Shown: in pieces, positions 34,187 through 38,184 of the stretch
How positions within the stretch are numbered: position 1 is the first letter of the stretch
Layout: every line of letters starts with the position of its first letter
Assembly (NCBI RefSeq): GCF_006345805.1
Contig: NW_021832600.1
Coordinates: 1 to 38,184 of the forward strand
DNA from: Octopus sinensis
Taxonomy: Eukaryota
DNA: 38,184 nt
Direction: 5' to 3'
Program-made: the position numbers and the translations under genes
Notes under the pieces: generated by a model
Databases searched by the model: none
Seen by the model: only the letters and a program-made list of their open reading frames with translations
What the model was told of the DNA's origin: nothing

Positions 34187-34854
34187 TACCGCTGCTATTT
34201 ATATTTAGTGGTGCAGCCCATTCTCGCCAGGGAGCGTCGTACTCTCGCACAACACATACATACATATATACATACATACACACACACACACGTACACGTT
34301 GACAGGTACATACACGCACATAATAAGCTCTCAGACAGACAAACGCGATCTCTGCAATCAACAATCACTGAAAAGGTTGCAAGAGGCAACAAAACAAATT
34401 TGATAAACAAAAACAAAACAAATCGGTCGAATTTTTAACCAGTTTACTATTTATAAGGAAGTGAAATCGAACCAGTGTGTGTATTAAATATATTGGCATC
34501 ATGACTTCCCCTAGACACAACAAAATTAATAAAAGCTATTACCAGAAAATGCCAGCTTCCAAATCCTGTTTTCTGACTGGGTAAAAACAATCAAAATTTA
34601 AACCTCCGTAACATTTTTCTGAAGTTTTTCTTGAAAAAGTGAATAACAATATCAGATTCAGCGTGAAAAATTATCTTAATACGCCAAATTTGAACATTTT
34701 TCACTCGATTTAAAAATTAAAAAAATTGAAAGCCAAGCAGAAAAGATTTCCCACCTTTTCAACCGATACCTGCACCACCGTCACACGGACAACTTCACAC
34801 AGTGATGACACCCTTATTCATTAGCCATTCTCCAGATATAGCTGCCTAACTTAC

Positions 34855-34921
34855 CAAGATCACTTCGAAATCTTGATCCAAAGATTTGAAGTAACGCCTT
34901 ACAAAAACCATTGTTTCCCTT
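34855..34921 (-). CDS. Candidate 67-nt internal exon of an unidentified host gene
   Basis: Minus strand: TTCTCTCTTATTGCTACCTAG| exon |GTAAGT. Two open frames (RETMVFVRRYFKSLDQDFEVIL or KGNNGFCKALLQIFGSRFRSDL). Lies in non-repetitive sequence. No homology recognised. Confidence 0.25.
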
Positions 34922-34999
34922 CTAGGTAGCAATAAGAGAGAATATCAAATACAGCCATCATATTCAGCAACATGGATGCGCTCCTTGCGCGCACACACA

Positions 35000-35607
35000 C
35001 TGGTTTCAAAGAATGGAACAAGGCCAGCACATTCAGGAGACGATGTAAGTCGATTACATCGACCCCCAGTCCTCAACTGTACATATTTTATCGACTCCGA
35101 AAGGATGACTGACAAAGTCAATCTCGGCGGAATAAGAATGTGAAAACAGACGAAATACCTATTTCTTTACTGCCCACAAGGGGATAAACACATAGGGGAC
35201 AAACAAGGACAGACAAACGGATTAAGTCGATTATATCGACCCAGTGCGTAACTGGTACTTATTTCATCGACCCCGAAAGGATGAAAGGCAAAGTGGACCT
35301 CGGCGGAATTTGAACTCAGAACGTAACGACAGACGAAATACTGCTAAGCATTTTGCCCGGCGTGCTCAACGTTTCTTATTTCTTTACTACCCACAAGAGG
35401 CTAAACATAGAGGGGACAAATAAAGACAGACATAGGTATTAAGTCGATTATATCGACCCCAGTGCGTAACTGGTACTTAATTTATCGACCCCGAAAGGAT
35501 GAAAGGCAAAGTCGACCTCGGCGGAATTTGAACTCAGAACGTAGCAGCAGACGAAATACGGCTACGCATTTCGCCCGGCGTGCTAACGTTTCTGCCAGCT
35601 CGCTGCC
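35000..35607 (-). mobile_element. Head-to-tail trimer of SINE family A
   Basis: Full copy at 35377-35607; a copy starting at AGAAACGTT at 35159-35376; an older diverged copy starting at GGTATTTCGTCTG at ~35000-35158. Confidence 0.88.
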
Positions 35608-35890
35608 TCACAGAAGACAAAAATATTAGAAGTTATATGTAAGTCAACCACGTTCAGCATGCACAGAAACGACATACTACGGAAAGCAAAAACGGTGCGC
35701 AAATATACGATACTTAGAGCAACCACAGACACCATATTTGGCTAAGAGAAAGAAACGAAACACACTGCAGAAACGATAGATTAAAATCATCATAGACAGT
35801 GTCAAGTCTGTCTGGACCCTTAATCTCTCTGCACCAAATCCCAATAAACTATAAAGAACACAAGGCTGTGGATTATACATTCTTACAGCT

Positions 35891-36118
35891 GGCGAGCTGG
35901 CAGAAACGTTAGCACGCCGGGCGAAATGCTTAGCGATATTTCGTCTGCCGTTACGTTCTGAGTTCAAATTCCGCCGAGGTCAACTTTGCCTTTCATCCTT
36001 TCGGGGTCGATAAATTAAGTACCAGTTACACACTGGGGTCGATGTAATCGACTTAATCTGTTTGTCTGTCCTTGTTTTTCCCTTCTGTGTTTACCCCCTT
36101 GTGGGTAGTAAAGAAACA
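35891..36118 (+). mobile_element. SINE family A, young copy with 17-bp TSD
   Basis: TSD TATACATTCTTACAGCT at 35874-35890 and 36119-36135. Confidence 0.95.
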
Positions 36119-36433
36119 TATACATTCTTACAGCTTGTACGTAGCCTACATCTACACACTATCTACACAAAAATTGCTTGCTCTGCTTGGCAATATGTAT
36201 GTACAGAGTGCACGCCGCACCTATAACCGGCTGGCAGAAGATCTGCCTGGGGTTAAACTAGTAGTAACACGGAACAGACACTCTGATGTGGCGATTAACT
36301 TTTCTTTTTATTATAGTTACTACTTTTATCTCTTATTGAGGTTTTACAAAACATTTTCTCGTGGACTCTTAAAATACGACCGTAAATCCTCAATTTACTG
36401 TTTTGTTTGCATGGCTGCCCCCCAAATTTTTAT

Positions 36434-37350
36434 TGTGTGGTAAGTAGCTTGTTTACCAGCCACATGGTTCCGGGTTCAGTCCCACTGCGTGGCATCTTGG
36501 GCAAGTGTCTTCTGCTATAGCCCCGGGCCGACCAATGCCTTGTGAGTGGATTTGGTAGACGGAAACTGAAAGAAGCCCGTCATATATATGTATATATATA
36601 CTAGCAGTATCACCCGGCGTTGCTCGGGTTTGTAAGGGAAATAACTATATAAGCATTTTTAGAGAGTTACTTCCCTTATAGATGCCAATTCGGGCTTTCT
36701 TAGCCATTTCTGTTTTGATGTCTTCAAGCCATGAAGTCGTTGTTCTAAAAGAACGCTGGTCTCCTTGACAACGCTTTACGACGTTGATTTCCTTACACTC
36801 CCTTCCCCACAGCTTCACGAGGGAGGGAAGAAGGGGGAGAAGCAAAGAGGTGCAGGTGTGACCATGGACGCCAACTCCGCCGTCATCGACACACGAAAAA
36901 TTATGCATTAAAATGGAATAAAAAATGATGTTAAATTATTTTTAAAATCGTAGACTCATCGTAGACGCGCGCTAATACTCAGACGGGCTCGATATGAATC
37001 ACGACTATAAGATACCCGAATTTGGTTAAACTGCACCGCAAAATGTGGGAGGAGTTAGGCATCTAAATCGAAGGGGACAGACACTCCAACAACTACAGTT
37101 TTATATATATATAGATATATGCATGTGTGTGTTTGTGTGTCTGTGTTTGTCCCCCTAGCATTGCTTGACAACCGATGCTGGTGTGTTTATGTCCCCGTTA
37201 CTTAGCGGTTCGGCAAAAGAGACCGATAGAATAAGTACTGGGCTTACAAAAAAAGAATAAGTCCTAGGTCGATTTGCTCGACTAAAGGTGGTGCTCCAGC
37301 ATGGCCGCAGTCAAATGACTGAAAACAAGTAAAAGAGTAAAAGAGTAAAT
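36434..37350 (+). mobile_element. SINE family B (CORE-like) split by a Helitron in its internal microsatellite
   Basis: 5' half at 36434-36600 (GGGTTCAGTCCCACTGCGTGGCATCTTGGGCAAGTGTC); 3' half at 37116-37350 ending in (GTAAAAGA)n. Confidence 0.9.
36601..37115 (-). mobile_element. Non-autonomous Helitron (515 bp)
   Basis: Minus strand: 5'-TC start; subterminal hairpin ACCCG...CGGGT (36612-36629) 7 nt before the 3'-CTAG end; inserted between host A and T with no TSD. Confidence 0.85.
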
Positions 37351-37479
37351 ATGGAGAAACTGAGCTGGATGGTGATACTATAGCATAACTGGGAAGAGAT
37401 ATCTGAGAAGGGCAACTCGACGTTCAGCCGGTTTAACTGCGAACCCTTAAGGGCTGCTCGATGTGAGCTGACACGGAAC

Positions 37480-38120
37480 TGGCAGCGTCGTTAACAACAG
37501 CAACACCAACAACAAGCCTTCAAGAACAACACCAACGAACATTAACACGAATACTACCACCATTAATAACAAAATTAGCACCACCACCACCACCACCACT
37601 ATCAACAACAACAACAATACCAACAACAACAACAAAAAGCCTAAAAGTCCACCGTCTCTACGTTGGATGTCCAGGAATTTTAAGTCATGAAAATCGTTTG
37701 ATTTAGCCGAAAGATATCGTTTAGTCTTCCCTCTACAAACCCCCAAACACTGCACCCAACAGCACGCCGCAACACCATCACCACCAAAGCCACCACCACT
37801 ACCATCACCACCACCACCACTACCACCACCATCACCACCATCACCACCATCACTACCACACAAACTCCATCATCATCATCATCATCATCATCACCACCAC
37901 CACCACAAGAACCACCGTTGCCACCAATACCACCAACACCGCCACCGCCACCACCATCACCACCACCAACAACCACTACCACCTAAACTCCATCATCATC
38001 ATCATCACCACCACTTCAAGAATCATCGTTGCCACCAATACCACCAACACCGCCGCCATCCACCACCACCACCACCACCACCACTACCACACCCCTTCCC
38101 CTTCCCCCGCCACACCCCAC
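37480..38120. repeat. Degenerate (CAA)/(CAC)/(CAT) low-complexity region with a short internal duplication
   Basis: AAACTCCATCATCATC...GAA.CA.CGTTGCCACCAATACCACCAACACCGCC occurs at ~37862-37950 and ~37986-38058. Confidence 0.85.
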
Positions 38121-38184
38121 TGACAAGGTCAGCCTGTTTGTGAAATGACAATCCACAAGTTAGTGTTAATCTTCCGTAAACATC

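Noticed and set aside
35608-35873. Possible RTE-like peptide remnant between the SINEs
   Set aside because: Similarity (IWLRER...) is too weak to call by eye.

Overview
This is a repeat-dominated, AT-rich eukaryotic window. It is probably from an octopus; that is inferred from the SINE families and microsatellite density, not checked against a database. I found no securely supported host protein-coding gene, and nearly all long ORFs in the track are translated microsatellites. Recognisable content: (1) a full-length 2850-bp Buster/Charlie-type hAT transposon with 16-bp TIRs and a perfect 8-bp TSD, whose transposase is broken only by small deletions; (2) remnants of five non-LTR retrotransposon clades: CRE, R4/Dong, CR1, RTE (two copies) and a Tx1/L1-like ORF1-only element; (3) three tRNA-derived SINE families, including nested, multimeric and tail-swapped copies; (4) hAT and Tc1/mariner MITEs; (5) a canonical non-autonomous Helitron inserted in a SINE; (6) short Penelope-like repeats carrying minimal hammerhead-ribozyme cores. 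The most interesting items are the hammerhead-bearing repeats, the ORF1-only ('half-LINE') element, the possibly intact hAT, and a ~145-bp duplication flanking a CR1 insertion. All family assignments come from motif recognition by eye.
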